From the NCBI GenBank assembly GCA_963823665.1, contig CAWGMQ010000004.1, positions 192,001 to 256,000 on the forward strand: a stretch of DNA of 64,000 nucleotides, given 5' to 3'. The translations under genes were made by a program, and so were the position numbers. Origin of the DNA: an uncultured Planctomycetota bacterium. Lineage in GTDB: Bacteria > Planctomycetota > Planctomycetia > Isosphaerales > Isosphaeraceae. Shown one piece after another: positions 10,808 through 20,496 of this stretch. Each line of letters begins with the position of its first letter. Within the stretch, counting starts at the first letter, position 1. The notes below the pieces were generated by a model. It had not been told where the DNA came from and did not search any database. It saw only the letters and a program-made list of their open reading frames with translations.

Positions 10808-11546
10808 ATGAACGATCAAGCCAAATCCGCCTCACGTCCCTGGCGAAGATTCCTGCGCTTCAGCATGCGGGGGATGATCGTCGTTGTGCTGGTGATGGGC
10901 GGCGGGCTGGGATGGCTCGTTCGTCAGCGCCCACATCCAGCGCGACGCTGTGGCGGCGATTCAGCATGCTGGCGGCAACGTCTTATATAGCTGGGAGCGG
11001 AATAATAGAACAGGTACGTCGGGAGGAAAGCCGTGGGCGCCAACTTGGCTCGCGGATCTCATCGGCGTTGACTACTTCGGTCACATCACTTCGGTTTGGT
11101 TCGTTGGGTCCTCGAACACAACCCATTCAGTGCTTGCGCAGGTCGGGTGTCTCACAGGAGCTCACGAGGTGCAATTCAAAGGATGCACCGTTAGCGATGC
11201 CGGGATGGCCCATCTGAGAGGCCTTCGCGGGCTATCTTATCTTGACCTCAGCGGCACTCAAATTACCGACGCCGGGCTGGCCCACTTGAAGGGGTTGACC
11301 AACCTTTCGGGGCTCTTCCTCACGGACACTCACGTTTCCGACGCTGGGTTGGTGCACGTGGAGGGGCTGACCAACCTTCAAATCCTCAGTCTTGCCCACA
11401 GTCAGGTTTCCAATGCCGGTCTGGCGCGTCTGAAGGGGCTAACCAAGCTCAACAAACTCTCGCTCGACGTAAGCCAGGCCACAGACGCTGGTGAACGCGA
11501 GCTCCAGCGGGCTTTGCCGAATCTAAAGGTAAAGGTTTACCCTTGA
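10808..11546 (+). pseudogene. LRR copy D, 5 repeats; +1 frameshift near 10925 (may be a sequencing error)
   Basis: Leader in ORF 10808..10990, body in ORF 10950..11546. Confidence 0.85.
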
Positions 11547-11569
11547 AATGCTGCCCGTCCAAGCGACAC

Positions 11570-11698
11570 GGAATCGCCCCTGTCGCATCGCCAGCCGTTG
11601 GGACGTCTGATCGTCGACCGTCCTTCGACGAGCCGCATGCGCGCCATTATGATGAATCGAGCGAACAGACATCGGCCCTCCGCTCATAAGACGCCGGC
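11570..11698 (+). promoter_or_regulatory. LRR cassette head: TCGACG(11625)-N17-TATGAT(11648)
   Basis: Conserved block shared with the other copies. Confidence 0.75.
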
Positions 11699-12448
11699 AT
11701 GAACGATCAACCCAAACCCGCCTCCCGTCCCTGGCGAAGATTCCTGCGCTTCAGCGTGCGGGGGATGATTGTACTGGTGATCGTGATCGCCGGCTGCCTT
11801 GGATGGATCGTACGTAGCGCCCGCAACCACCGACAGGCCGTCGCGGCAATTATCAAGATGAATGGGGAGGTGGGGTACGTGGACGACTCGCGGACCTCCT
11901 TACAAGCGATGCGTGGCGAGCGTTCTCTCAGGTACCTGATCGGCGACTGGTTGGCTATCAACGACGTTTTCAGCGGCGTCCATGTCCGGCTCACGTTGAA
12001 AGAAGGCATGGACCAGGAACTGGCGCTCGCGCCCGTAGGCGATTTGACAAACCTCCAATCACTGAGTTTTGTGGGCGGCGCCATTCAAGATTCCGCGATC
12101 GAGAAAATCGGGCGGGCGAACAACCTCAAATGGCTCCAAATCCAATCCGCACCGCTCACCCGCGTTGGGTTCCGGCATTTGACGCAGTACAAGAACCTGG
12201 AGCACTTGTTCCTCTACGACATCGACATTCCCGAAGGGGCGTTCGAGCACTTCGGCGCGCTGGCGAATCTGAAAACACTCGAGATGCACCAATGCTGGCG
12301 AGTGGACAAAGGCCTTGCCGAGATGCAAGTACCGCCGCGCCTTGCGACCCTCCGTATCCGTTACGCGCCGCTCTCGGATGCCGGCCTCAAGCACATCGCG
12401 CGGCTGCCGCACCTCACAGAACTTTTCCTGGAAGACGTTCTCGACTGA
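11699..12448 (+). pseudogene. LRR copy E: 3'-truncated near-duplicate of copy F
   Basis: Co-linear with 16625..17370 up to GAAGACGTTCTCG, where the REP-like tandem repeat begins. Confidence 0.85.
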
Positions 12449-13035
12449 ATTCAGCTCGACCTTTGCGACTTCTCGCCTTTGCGTGAGCCCCTTTCTCATC
12501 ACACACTTCAAACACAAATCGCGCCCCTGCTGGTGTGCTCCGCACTGAGTTCACCTTTCCTTTTGCGCCTTTTTCCCCTTCGCGCCTTGCGTGAGCCCCT
12601 CTTTTCTCCCGATCACGCATCCAAGAAAATCACCTTGCCCCGTCGCGCATCGCCGCGACTGAATTCAGCTCGACTTTTGCGACTTCTCGCCTTTGCGTGA
12701 GCCCCTCTCTCATCACACACTTCAAACACAAACCGCGCCCCTGCTGGTGTGCTCCGCACTGAGTTCATCTTTCCGTTTGCGCCTTTTTCCCCTTCGCGCC
12801 TTGCGTGAGCCCCTCTTTTCTCCCGATCACGCACCCAAAAAAATCGCCTTGCACCGTCGCGCATCGCCACGACTGAATTCAGCTCGACCTTTGCGACTTC
12901 GCGCCTTTGCGTGAGCCCCTCTTTTGTTCTCGTCACACACCCCAAAAACAAATCGTGCGCCTTCGCGTGTCCTCCCCATTGACATCGCCTCTCCTTTGCG
13001 CCATGTTCCCCTTCGCGCCTTTGCGTGGACCCCTC
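12442..13035 (+). repeat. REP-like cluster 2: 214-bp tandem repeat (2 full copies and a partial third)
   Basis: CGACTGAATTCAGCTCGAC starts at 12442, 12656 and 12870. Confidence 0.9.
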
Positions 13036-13036
13036 G

Positions 13037-13427
13037 GTACACGTCGGCCGAGCTGGCCCGGTTGCTTGCCGTGAAACGTGAGCCGAGTTGCAAGCTGGCG
13101 GTCTCCGTCCCGGCTCCCCCGGACCCGGAGGCCAGGCCGAAGCGCAGGCCGTTGTACGGGCCAATCCCGTCGAGCTGGTCGCCCCCGGCCTCTCGGCTCC
13201 CGGGGAAAACCCTCCAGGTCGGGGCCATCTGTTGGCTCTTGGCGGGTTGGAATCGAACGGCCGCGTTCGAGCTGGCGCTGGAGGATCGGCCCGAGTTCGG
13301 CCTCTCCCGGTTCTCGGCCTCGCGGGGCCTCGATACACTGGAAACGGTTGGATTGGTCTCCAAGGTCCGTCGGCCGGGCCGGTCTCCGATCGTGTTGCTC
13401 CGGGACGCTACGGTGGGAAATTCTTGA
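13037..13427 (+). CDS. Putative winged-HTH small protein, module copy 2 (start uncertain)
   Basis: YTSAELARLLAV...YGPIPSSWSPPASRLPGKTLQVG...GLSRFSASRGLDTLETVGLV. Confidence 0.6.
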
Positions 13428-13439
13428 CGTCAGAGGCCG

Positions 13440-13808
13440 ATGATGCCGCGAGTTCGATTCCGAGTTCGGACAATCCTGCTCTTCATCGCGGTGGTTGCCG
13501 TCCTACTCGCAATGCCGCGAATCGTCTCCCAGTTGTCGCGCATTCGGCCGTTTTGGCTAGAGTGGGATGGCACGATCCTTTGGTTCGTGGAAGACAGGGT
13601 GACGGGGATAGTATACAGCCACGCGCCCACCGTCGTCTTTCACCATTCAGTTAAGACCGAGGTCCCGCTGCCATCGCCTACAACTCTGCTACGAATTGTT
13701 GCGGCGAGCCTGATCTTGGCATCCGCGTTCGTTTATCGGCGCAAGCTTAAGAACCGTGCGAAGCTCCGAGAGACTGCAACTAACAGCGGTGCTTCAGAAT
13801 CCAATTAA
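13440..13808 (+). CDS. Variable membrane cargo protein 2
   Basis: MMPRVRFRVRTILLFIAVVAVLLAM leader; body unrelated to cargo 1 and cargo 4. Confidence 0.7.
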   Translation: MMPRVRFRVRTILLFIAVVAVLLAMPRIVSQLSRIRPFWLEWDGTILWFVEDRVTGIVYSHAPTVVFHHSVKTEVPLPSPTTLLRIVAASLILASAFVYRRKLKNRAKLRETATNSGASESN

Positions 13809-13861
13809 TTGACGGGCAAGCGCAGACCGAAGCGGGAAGGCCGAGAAAGTGTAAGTTAAGA

Positions 13862-14131
13862 ATGGGATGGAAAACCATCAACGGACGCCGGTATTTCTAC
13901 AGGTCGGAGCGAGAGGGAGGCCGAGTCAAAACCACCTATTTTGGGGCCGGTGAGTCGGGCCTGCTGATTCCACTCTTGGAGCGGGAAGAACGGGCCGAGC
14001 TTGAGGAATGTCGGGCCGAGTTCGGCCTCTTCCGTTTCTCGGCCTCCCGTGGCTTGACTATACCGGAGCCGTCCGGTTTGGTCTGCACGGCCCGACCGTC
14101 CGGGACTCTCCCCTGTCGCGAGGATCATTGA
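13862..14131 (+). pseudogene. Chimera of the MGWK gene 5' half and the wHTH gene 3' half
   Basis: MGWKTINGRRYFYRSEREGG...EREERAEL joined to RAEFGLFRFSASRGL. Confidence 0.75.
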
Positions 14132-14153
14132 AACCACAACGGCGGGCGCTTGA

Positions 14154-14477
14154 TTGTGCTGGGAGGAAGATTTGGTGCTTTTCCCCCGCTTTCGAATCCA
14201 GTCGATCATGACCGCCATCGCGGCGGTGGCCGTTCTCCTGAGTCTGGTCCACTTCTTGTCGCAACACCCAGTTTTGCTGGGCATTTCTTCTGGATTGCTT
14301 CTCTTGTTCGGGACCAGCGCCTGCATTTTAGTCTGGCCCTTCGCAGTATGGAATTGGTGCCAGCGTTGCTCGAGGTCCGTTCTCATTCCCTTCAAGCCGA
14401 CGACAGGAGGCGAGCATGCGGGTCACCGCGATCTTGCACTTGACGATACCTCTTTTCTGGTACAAACTACCTCCTGA
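14154..14477 (+). CDS. Variable membrane cargo protein 3
   Basis: FPRFRIQSIMTAIAAVAVLLSL leader and a second TM segment; follows the wHTH remnant. Confidence 0.6.
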   Translation: MCWEEDLVLFPRFRIQSIMTAIAAVAVLLSLVHFLSQHPVLLGISSGLLLLFGTSACILVWPFAVWNWCQRCSRSVLIPFKPTTGGEHAGHRDLALDDTSFLVQTTS

Positions 14478-14495
14478 TGTGTGCACCTGGAGGTA
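14468..14495. promoter_or_regulatory. Inverted repeat just upstream of abiEi (candidate autoregulatory operator)
   Basis: TACCTCC-N14-GGAGGTA; AbiEi antitoxins are known to repress their promoter via inverted repeats. Confidence 0.5.
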
Positions 14496-14504
14496 ACATG
14501 GACC

Positions 14505-15128
14505 ATGCCAAGTCCGGCCAATCTCTCTGACGATCGGCGACGCCGGGTTGACGCGGCCTTTCGCGAGAGGGGCGGGATAATGCGGATGGCCGAAGCCCTC
14601 CGGGCAGGCGTCCATCGCCGCACGCTGTACGCCCTCCGCGACGCGGGCGTGCTCCAGCAACTCGGCCGCGGGCTCTACCGCCTGGCCGACGCCCCGCCAC
14701 TCTCCCACCCGGACCTCGTCGCGGTCTCGCGACGCGCCCCGAGGGCGATCGTCTGCCTCGTCTCCGCACTCGGTTTTCACGGATTGACCACCCAGGTCGC
14801 ACACGAGGTGTACCTGGCCGTCTCCAGGGACAGCGAGCCGCCCCGCGTCGAATACCCCCCAGTCCGCGTATTCCGGTTCGGCATGCGGGCCTTCAGCGAA
14901 GGGGTCGAGACGCACGACCTGGACGGCGTCCCTGTCCGGATCTACTCACGCGAGAAGACCCTGGCCGACTGTTTCAAATACAGAAACGTGGTTGGGCTCG
15001 ATACCGCGCTCGAGGCGCTACGGCGATATCGCGAAGAGGGCCGGGTCGACGTCGGCGCCATCCTCCGCTACGCCCGCACCTGCCGGGTCGAGAAAGTTAT
15101 TCGCCCGTACCTGGAGGCGATCCTGTGA
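14505..15128 (+). CDS. abiEi: Type IV TA system antitoxin, AbiEi family
   Basis: GGIMRMAEALRAGVHRRTLYALRDAGVLQQLGRGLYRL wHTH; CLVSALGFHGLTTQ; YSREKTLADCFKYRNVVGLDTALEAL. Confidence 0.9.
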   Translation: MPSPANLSDDRRRRVDAAFRERGGIMRMAEALRAGVHRRTLYALRDAGVLQQLGRGLYRLADAPPLSHPDLVAVSRRAPRAIVCLVSALGFHGLTTQVAHEVYLAVSRDSEPPRVEYPPVRVFRFGMRAFSEGVETHDLDGVPVRIYSREKTLADCFKYRNVVGLDTALEALRRYREEGRVDVGAILRYARTCRVEKVIRPYLEAIL

Positions 15129-16036
15129 CTCGGCCGCCGAGGGACGTAGCGGCGTCCGTCCGCGGACGGCTCCGGGACGCGGCCCGGGCCTCGGGCCGCC
15201 CGTTCCAGGAGGTGCTCGAATACTACGCGATGGAGCGCTTCCTGTACCGGTTGGCCCAGTCGCCGCACGCCGGCCGCTTCGTGCTCAAGGGCGCGCTGAT
15301 GTTCCGGGCCTGGGGTGCACCCGAACTCCCGCACGACCCGGGACATTGACTTGCTCGGCCGGCTGGAGAACACCGTCGAAGCGGTCGTGCCGGTGTTGCG
15401 CGACATGTGCGGACTCGTCGTCCAGCCGGACGGGATGGTCTTCGATCCGGCGTCGGTCGGGGCGCCGTGATCAAGGAGGGCGCCGAGTACGCCGGGGTCC
15501 GCGTGACGTTCTTGGGGACCTTGCAGAACGCCCGGGTGGCCATGCAGGTCGATATCGGATTCGGCGACGTGGTGACCCCGGGGCCCGTACCGACCGACTA
15601 CCCGACCCTGCTCGCGCTCCCGGCCCCGCACCTGAACGGCTATCCGCGGGAGACGGTCGTGGCCGAGAAGTTCGAGGCGATGGTCAAGCTCGGACTGGTA
15701 AACAGTCGGATGAAGGACTTCTACGACCTGTGGGTCCTGGCCCGCCGGTTCGACTTCGACGGCCGGACCCTGGTTACGGCAATCGAGCGGACGTTCGCTC
15801 ATCGCAATACCGCGGTCGCCCCCCTCCCGATCGCGCTGACCCCGGCGTTCGCCGACGATCCCGCAAAGCGCTCGCAGTGGAAGGGGTTCGTGCGGAGGAC
15901 CAGACTCGACGACGCGCCGGGGGAACTGGCAGCAGTAACGGGGGAACTCAGAGCGTTCCTTGTTCCAGTGGCGGAGATGGTCGCAGCCGGCACGCCGTTC
16001 GAGCGGAGCTGGAAAGCCCCCGGCCCATGGGCGTGA
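15125..16036 (+). pseudogene. abiEii: Type IV TA toxin, AbiEii nucleotidyltransferase; two compensating indels (~15322 and ~15460)
   Basis: ERFLYRL...FVLKGALM, R-T-RDIDLL (middle frame), DIGFGD, ETVVAEKFEAM, NSRMKDFYDLW. Confidence 0.85.
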
Positions 16037-16059
16037 TGCATGGCTGGACTGAGGGGCCG

Positions 16060-16222
16060 TTGGGCGCGGGTCTCCTGACCCCGCCCTCCTCACCAACCGC
16101 AAGCCTAGTGTCCCGACAATCTTCGATTGAGGACCTGTTGGGCGCGGGTCTACTGACCCCGCCCTCGTCACCGACCGCAGGTCTCCAGGCGGCCGACCCG
16201 CCAATCGAAGATTGTCGCAGCA
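16060..16222 (+). repeat. REP-like cluster (GGGCGCGGGTCTCCTGACCCCGCCC...GACCGCAGGTCTCC)
   Basis: Two hairpin units; the same composite occurs at 23270-23476. Confidence 0.85.
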
Positions 16223-16492
16223 ACAGCGCTTCTGCGTCGGTCCGGCTCACGGCCTCCCTCGCAATTCTCCAAGCGGTCAACTCGCTGAAAGCCAACAACA
16301 CTGGTCAGACGACAGTGGAGGGAGTCCAGGCCAGGATTGCTCACGAGCGGTTTGTCGAATCGCTTGGGGGGTGATCGATTTGCTGACGCTACCGATTCGC
16401 TTACCTGAGTCGGCCGTGCGCACGCAGTTAGATACAATTTTCGGATGTTGGTGCGACAACCTTAACGAACGCCCATCGCGATCGCCAAGCGG

Positions 16493-16624
16493 CCTATAAT
16501 CGCCCCTGTCGTATCGCCAGGCGTTGGGACGCCAAACTACTGACCCTCCTTCGACGAGCCGCATGCCGGCAGTTATGATGAATCGAGCGAACAGACATCG
16601 GTCCGCCGCTCATAAGACGCCCGC
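16493..16624 (+). promoter_or_regulatory. LRR cassette head: TCGACG(16551)-N17-TATGAT(16574)
   Basis: Conserved block shared with the other copies. Confidence 0.75.
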
Positions 16625-17776
16625 ATGACCGATCAAGCCAAACCCACCACACGTCCCTGGCGAAGATTCCTGCGCTTCAGCGTGCGGGGGCTGATTGTAC
16701 TGGTGATCGTGATCGCCGGCTGCCTTGGATGGATCGTACGTAGCGCCCGCAACCACCGACAGGCCGTCGCGGCAATTATCAAGATGAATGGGGAGGTGGC
16801 GTACATGGACGACTCGCGGACCTTCTTACAAGCGATGCGCGGCGAGCGTTCTCTGAGGTACCTGATCGGCGACTGGTTGGGTATCAACGACGTTTTCAGC
16901 GGCGTCCATGTCCGGCTCACGTTGAAAGAAGGCACGGACCAGGAACTGGCGCTCGCGCGCGTAGGCGATTTGACAAACCTCCAATCACTGAGTTTTGTCG
17001 GCGGCGCCATTCAAGATTCCGCGATCGAGAAAATCGGGCGGGCGAACAACCTCAAATGGCTCCGGATCCAATCCGCACCGCTCACCCGCGTTGGGTTCCG
17101 GCATTTGGCGCAGTACAAGAACCTGGAGTACTTGTTCCTTTACGACATCGAGATTCCCGAAGGGGCGCTCGAGCACTTCGGCGCGCTGGCGAATCTGAAA
17201 ACACTCGAGATGCACCAATGCTGGCGAGTGGACAAAGGCTTTGCCGAGATGCAAGCACCGCCGCGCCTCGCGACCCTCCGTATCCGTTACGCGCCGCTCT
17301 CGGATGCCGGCCTCAAGCACATCGCGCGGCTGCCGCACCTCACAGAACTTTCCCTGGAAGACGTTCTCGTGACCGACGCCGGAATGGCAAGCCTCCAGGG
17401 CCTGTCCCAGCTCACCGAGCTTCGCCTGAAAAGCGATGATTTGACCGACGCCGCCTTGGCGAGCCTGGCCAGCCTGCGCACCATCCGCCGCCTTTCGATC
17501 GACGTACCAAGAATCACAGACGCAGGTGCCGAGCATCTGGCCCAGCTCACCAACCTCGAGTCGTTAAACTTCACTCGAGAAAGATTGACCGACGCAGGCA
17601 TCATGAAGTTAAAGCCGCTCAAGAAACTAGCCTTGCTGAACATCGGCAGGACAGGAATTACTGAGGACGGCGCCAGCGAACTCCAGAAGGAGTTGCCCAA
17701 GCTCGTGGAGATCACCAGAGGAACGAGAGCTGCCTCAGTTCCAAGACTTCCGCGCGCCAAAACCGCCGGCCGCTAG
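16625..17776 (+). CDS. LRR copy F, ~10 repeats, intact
   Basis: Conserved leader and TM, divergent cap, 24-aa LRRs, ELQKELPKL C-cap. Confidence 0.9.
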   Translation: MTDQAKPTTRPWRRFLRFSVRGLIVLVIVIAGCLGWIVRSARNHRQAVAAIIKMNGEVAYMDDSRTFLQAMRGERSLRYLIGDWLGINDVFSGVHVRLTLKEGTDQELALARVGDLTNLQSLSFVGGAIQDSAIEKIGRANNLKWLRIQSAPLTRVGFRHLAQYKNLEYLFLYDIEIPEGALEHFGALANLKTLEMHQCWRVDKGFAEMQAPPRLATLRIRYAPLSDAGLKHIARLPHLTELSLEDVLVTDAGMASLQGLSQLTELRLKSDDLTDAALASLASLRTIRRLSIDVPRITDAGAEHLAQLTNLESLNFTRERLTDAGIMKLKPLKKLALLNIGRTGITEDGASELQKELPKLVEITRGTRAASVPRLPRAKTAGR

Positions 17777-17793
17777 CTAGCCACACACGTCCC

Positions 17794-17905
17794 GTGTAGC
17801 AGGCACACTCCGTGTGCCGTCCGCCGAACTTGCCGGTGGGTGGCACTGGCCAGCTCAGTGCTCCAATTCTCGGGCGATTCGCTGTCCCGGAATCGCGAAA
17901 AGCCA
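17794..17905 (+). repeat. ~110-bp composite REP-like element (GTAGCAGGCACACTCCGTGTGCCGTC...), copy 1
   Basis: Direct repeat of 20983-21094. Confidence 0.85.
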
Positions 17906-17907
17906 TC

Positions 17908-18038
17908 CTGAGCGCACGCAAGTTACCGACGGGGGGCTGCTTCAACTGCGGAGTCTAACAAAGCTGGAAGAACTTGACCTCACCGTTACGGAAGTTGTTG
18001 ATTTCAAACTGTCAGGCTCTCTGGTGACGGGAATGTAA
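17908..18038 (+). pseudogene. Isolated internal LRR fragment
   Basis: ERTQVTDGGLLQLRSLTKLEELDLTVTEV; flanked by REP-like elements. Confidence 0.7.
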
Positions 18039-18197
18039 GCGAGCATCTTCCTCTTCGTTGCCTCCGTTAGCTTCTGTTCAAGGATTTCGTTGCCACTGAA
18101 TCGGCGATCGCACGAACCCAAATTGGCCAGTGGAATTGGAACAGAAGGCAACCAAGCTAACGAAGAGCAGAGAGTTGATGTGACCCGTCTCGGTCGT

Positions 18198-18274
18198 CCT
18201 TCGACGAGCCCCGTGCGGGCCGTTATGATCAATCGAGCGAACAGACATCGGCCCTCCGCGCAGAAGAGTCCGGC
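18198..18274 (+). promoter_or_regulatory. LRR cassette head: TCGACG(18201)-N17-TATGAT(18224)
   Basis: Conserved block; the upstream junction motif is missing. Confidence 0.7.
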
Positions 18275-18762
18275 ATGAACGATCGAGCGAAACCCGCCGC
18301 CCGTCCCTGGCGAAGATTCCTGCGATTCAGCGTGCGGGGAATGATTTTTCTTGTGGTGGTGATCGGTGGATGGCTTGGCTGGATCGTGCGAAGCGCGCGG
18401 ATTCAGCGCGATGCCGTGGACGCGATCACCAAAGCCGATGGGCAGGTCACATATGACTGGCACTGGACCGGGACCGACCGGAAGGTTGCTCCGACGGGAA
18501 GACCTTGGGCGCCCAGGTGGGTGGTGGATCTCGTTGGAGTTGACTATTTCGGAAACATCAGATGCGTCTTGTTCTACTCACCGTCCAAAGCAACCGGAGC
18601 AACGATCGCACAGGTTGGGCGCCTATCCCAACTACAGGAACTGCATCTCGATGAGTCGTCGCTAGACGACGCCAGCATGGTGCATTTGAAGGGGCTGACC
18701 GAACTCTACTGGTTCAGTCTCAGTGACACTCCGGTCACCGGCGCCGGGCTGGCGCAATTGAC
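18275..18762 (+). pseudogene. LRR copy G, truncated after 2 repeats (ORF reads on into non-coding repeats to 19021)
   Basis: Leader and cap intact; LRR pattern is lost after GAGLAQL. Confidence 0.8.
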
Positions 18763-18929
18763 GCATATTCACAATTCGCTAGCTTGCTGTCACTGCCTTG
18801 CCCCCCATCGGCGAACGGCCTGGAATCGTCTCCGTCGCATCGCCAGGGTGGACGCGCCCAACTTCCACGCCTCGGTGCAAGCGCGTTCTATGAGCCGACG
18901 TGGCCTCCGGCCAGGCCAATCGCACGCAG

Positions 18930-19075
18930 CCTTACCTTTGCGGCTTCGCGTGAGCCCCTCTTTTGTTCTCCTTGCACGCCCCAAAAACAAATCGTGCGTC
19001 TGCGCGTGTCCTCCCCGTTGAGTTTGCCACTCCCTTTGCGCCTTGTTCCCATTCGCGCCTTTGCGTGAGCCCCTC
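18930..19075 (+). repeat. REP-like cluster 3
   Basis: CTTTGCGGCTTCGCGTGAGCCC...TTCGCGCCTTTGCGTGAGCCC. Confidence 0.85.
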
Positions 19076-19076
19076 G

Positions 19077-19467
19077 GTACACGTCGGCCGAGCTGGCCCG
19101 GTTGCTAACCGTGGAACGGGAGCCGGATTGAAAGCTGGCGATCTCCGTCCCGGCTCTCCCGGACCCGGAGGCCAGGCCGAAGCGCCGGCCGTTGTACGGG
19201 CCGATCCATTGGAGCTGGTGGCTCCCGGCCTCTCTGCTCCCCGGGAAGTCCCTCCAGGTCGGGGCCGTCTGTTGGCTCCTGGTGGGTTGGAATCGATCGG
19301 CGGAGTTCGAGCTGGCGTTGCATGATCGGGCGGAGTTCGGCCTCTCCCGGTTCTCGGCCTGCCGGGGCTTCGATACACTGGAAAACGCCGGGTTGCTCTC
19401 GACCATTGGACGGCCGGGCCGGTGTCCCAAGGTGATGATCGTGGATGCTCACCCAGGAAATGGTTGA
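19077..19467 (+). pseudogene. wHTH-like gene, module copy 3 (in-frame TGA near 19130)
   Basis: YGPIHWSWWLPASLLPGKSLQVG...; TGC in copies 1 and 2 is TGA here. Confidence 0.65.
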
Positions 19468-19479
19468 CGGGGTACGGCG

Positions 19480-19836
19480 GTGAGGGCATTCCGCTTCCGA
19501 ATCCGGGCGATCATGATCGTGATCGCTACCCTCGCTCTCGCACTTGGCGCGGTTCGATTAGCCCTTCACTACCAGATTGCGAGATTGTCGGTTGAAATCG
19601 GCGAACCCAATTTTGTGATTCTGCATTTGTGGTCGGGTGTCCATCTTACGCAGCGCGGCACGGAGGCAGTCTCGATACAGTTTTCGCTTCAGGAAATGCT
19701 CGTTTGCGTCGGCCTATTTGCCTGCTGCTGCGCGGTACTCTTGCGCCAGTCCAGAACACGCGGCGAAAGGCAAAGCGCTGACTCTGGAGTCATGCCCACA
19801 CGCAGTGTTCCGATAAGGAAATCCCGGGCGCCTTGA
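19480..19836 (+). CDS. Variable membrane cargo protein 4
   Basis: MRAFRFRIRAIMIVIATLALALG leader; unique body with a second TM segment. Confidence 0.7.
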   Translation: MRAFRFRIRAIMIVIATLALALGAVRLALHYQIARLSVEIGEPNFVILHLWSGVHLTQRGTEAVSIQFSLQEMLVCVGLFACCCAVLLRQSRTRGERQSADSGVMPTRSVPIRKSRAP

Positions 19837-19867
19837 AGCGGAGCTGCCGAGAGAGTGTAGGTTAAAA

Positions 19868-20122
19868 ATGGGATGGAAAACCATCAACGGCCGTCGCTAT
19901 TGCTACAAGTCCGCTACCGCGGCAAACGGCTGATTTCGTCGGGGGATGACGTTGCGTGTTCGCTTCCGAATCCGGACGATCATGCTCGTGGTCGCGGCGA
20001 CGGCGGTCATGTTGGGTCTATGACTACAAGTCGGAGCCCGAGGGAGGCCGAGTCTATACCGCCTTCTTCGGCGCGGGTGAGTCGGGCCCGTTGATTTCAC
20101 TCCTGGGGCGGGAGCATCGGGC
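19868..20122 (+). pseudogene. MGWK gene copy 3, interrupted by a 112-bp insert and 3'-truncated
   Basis: MGWKTINGRRYCYKS / YKSEPEGGRVYTAFFGAGESG around the insert at 19912-20023. Confidence 0.8.
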
Positions 20123-20139
20123 TTGGAGCCACTACGCGC

Positions 20140-20496
20140 TCAACCCTTCTTACCTGCCTGCCGCTTTTGTTTGGTAGCAGGTGCGGCCTTCGCGGATCGA
20201 GTCGGCGCTACTTTCTTCGACGGAGCTTTCTTGACCGAAAGCGCAGCAGTTTTCTTCTTCGCCGCCACCTTCTTGGTTTTGGAAGCCTGCGCCATCGCCT
20301 TCGGGGCAGGTTTCGACGTCTTGCCCTGCACGGCTTTGGAAGAAGCCTTCGCGCCTTTGGGTGTGCCGCGTGTCGGCATCATATCCCCCACCGCGTGCAT
20401 GGCTTTGGACCCAGCGTTGATCACGACTTCTGCCGCCGACGTCGCCGCATCGCCAATCCGCTCAAGCACGCCTTTGGATTTCTTTTTGCTCAGCAT
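20140..20496 (-). CDS. Lys/Ala-rich histone-H1-like small protein
   Basis: KKVAAKKKTAA...KKAPSKKVAP low-complexity basic tail; GGGAG RBS. Confidence 0.7.
   Translation of the reverse strand: MLSKKKSKGVLERIGDAATSAAEVVINAGSKAMHAVGDMMPTRGTPKGAKASSKAVQGKTSKPAPKAMAQASKTKKVAAKKKTAALSVKKAPSKKVAPTRSAKAAPATKQKRQAGKKG

Noticed and set aside
12442..13035. CRISPR array (also 5093-5229 and 63030-63130)
   Set aside because: The spacers are themselves repeated, unit lengths do not fit, and there are no cas genes.
14992..16374. 460-aa plus-strand ORF and 378-aa antisense ORF
   Set aside because: Alternative frames over abiEii and REP repeats; only the last ~45 codons match a real gene remnant.
11699..17370. 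Diversity-generating retroelement TR/VR pair (E vs F)
   Set aside because: Differences are not adenine-specific (many C/T and C/G) and no reverse transcriptase is in the window.
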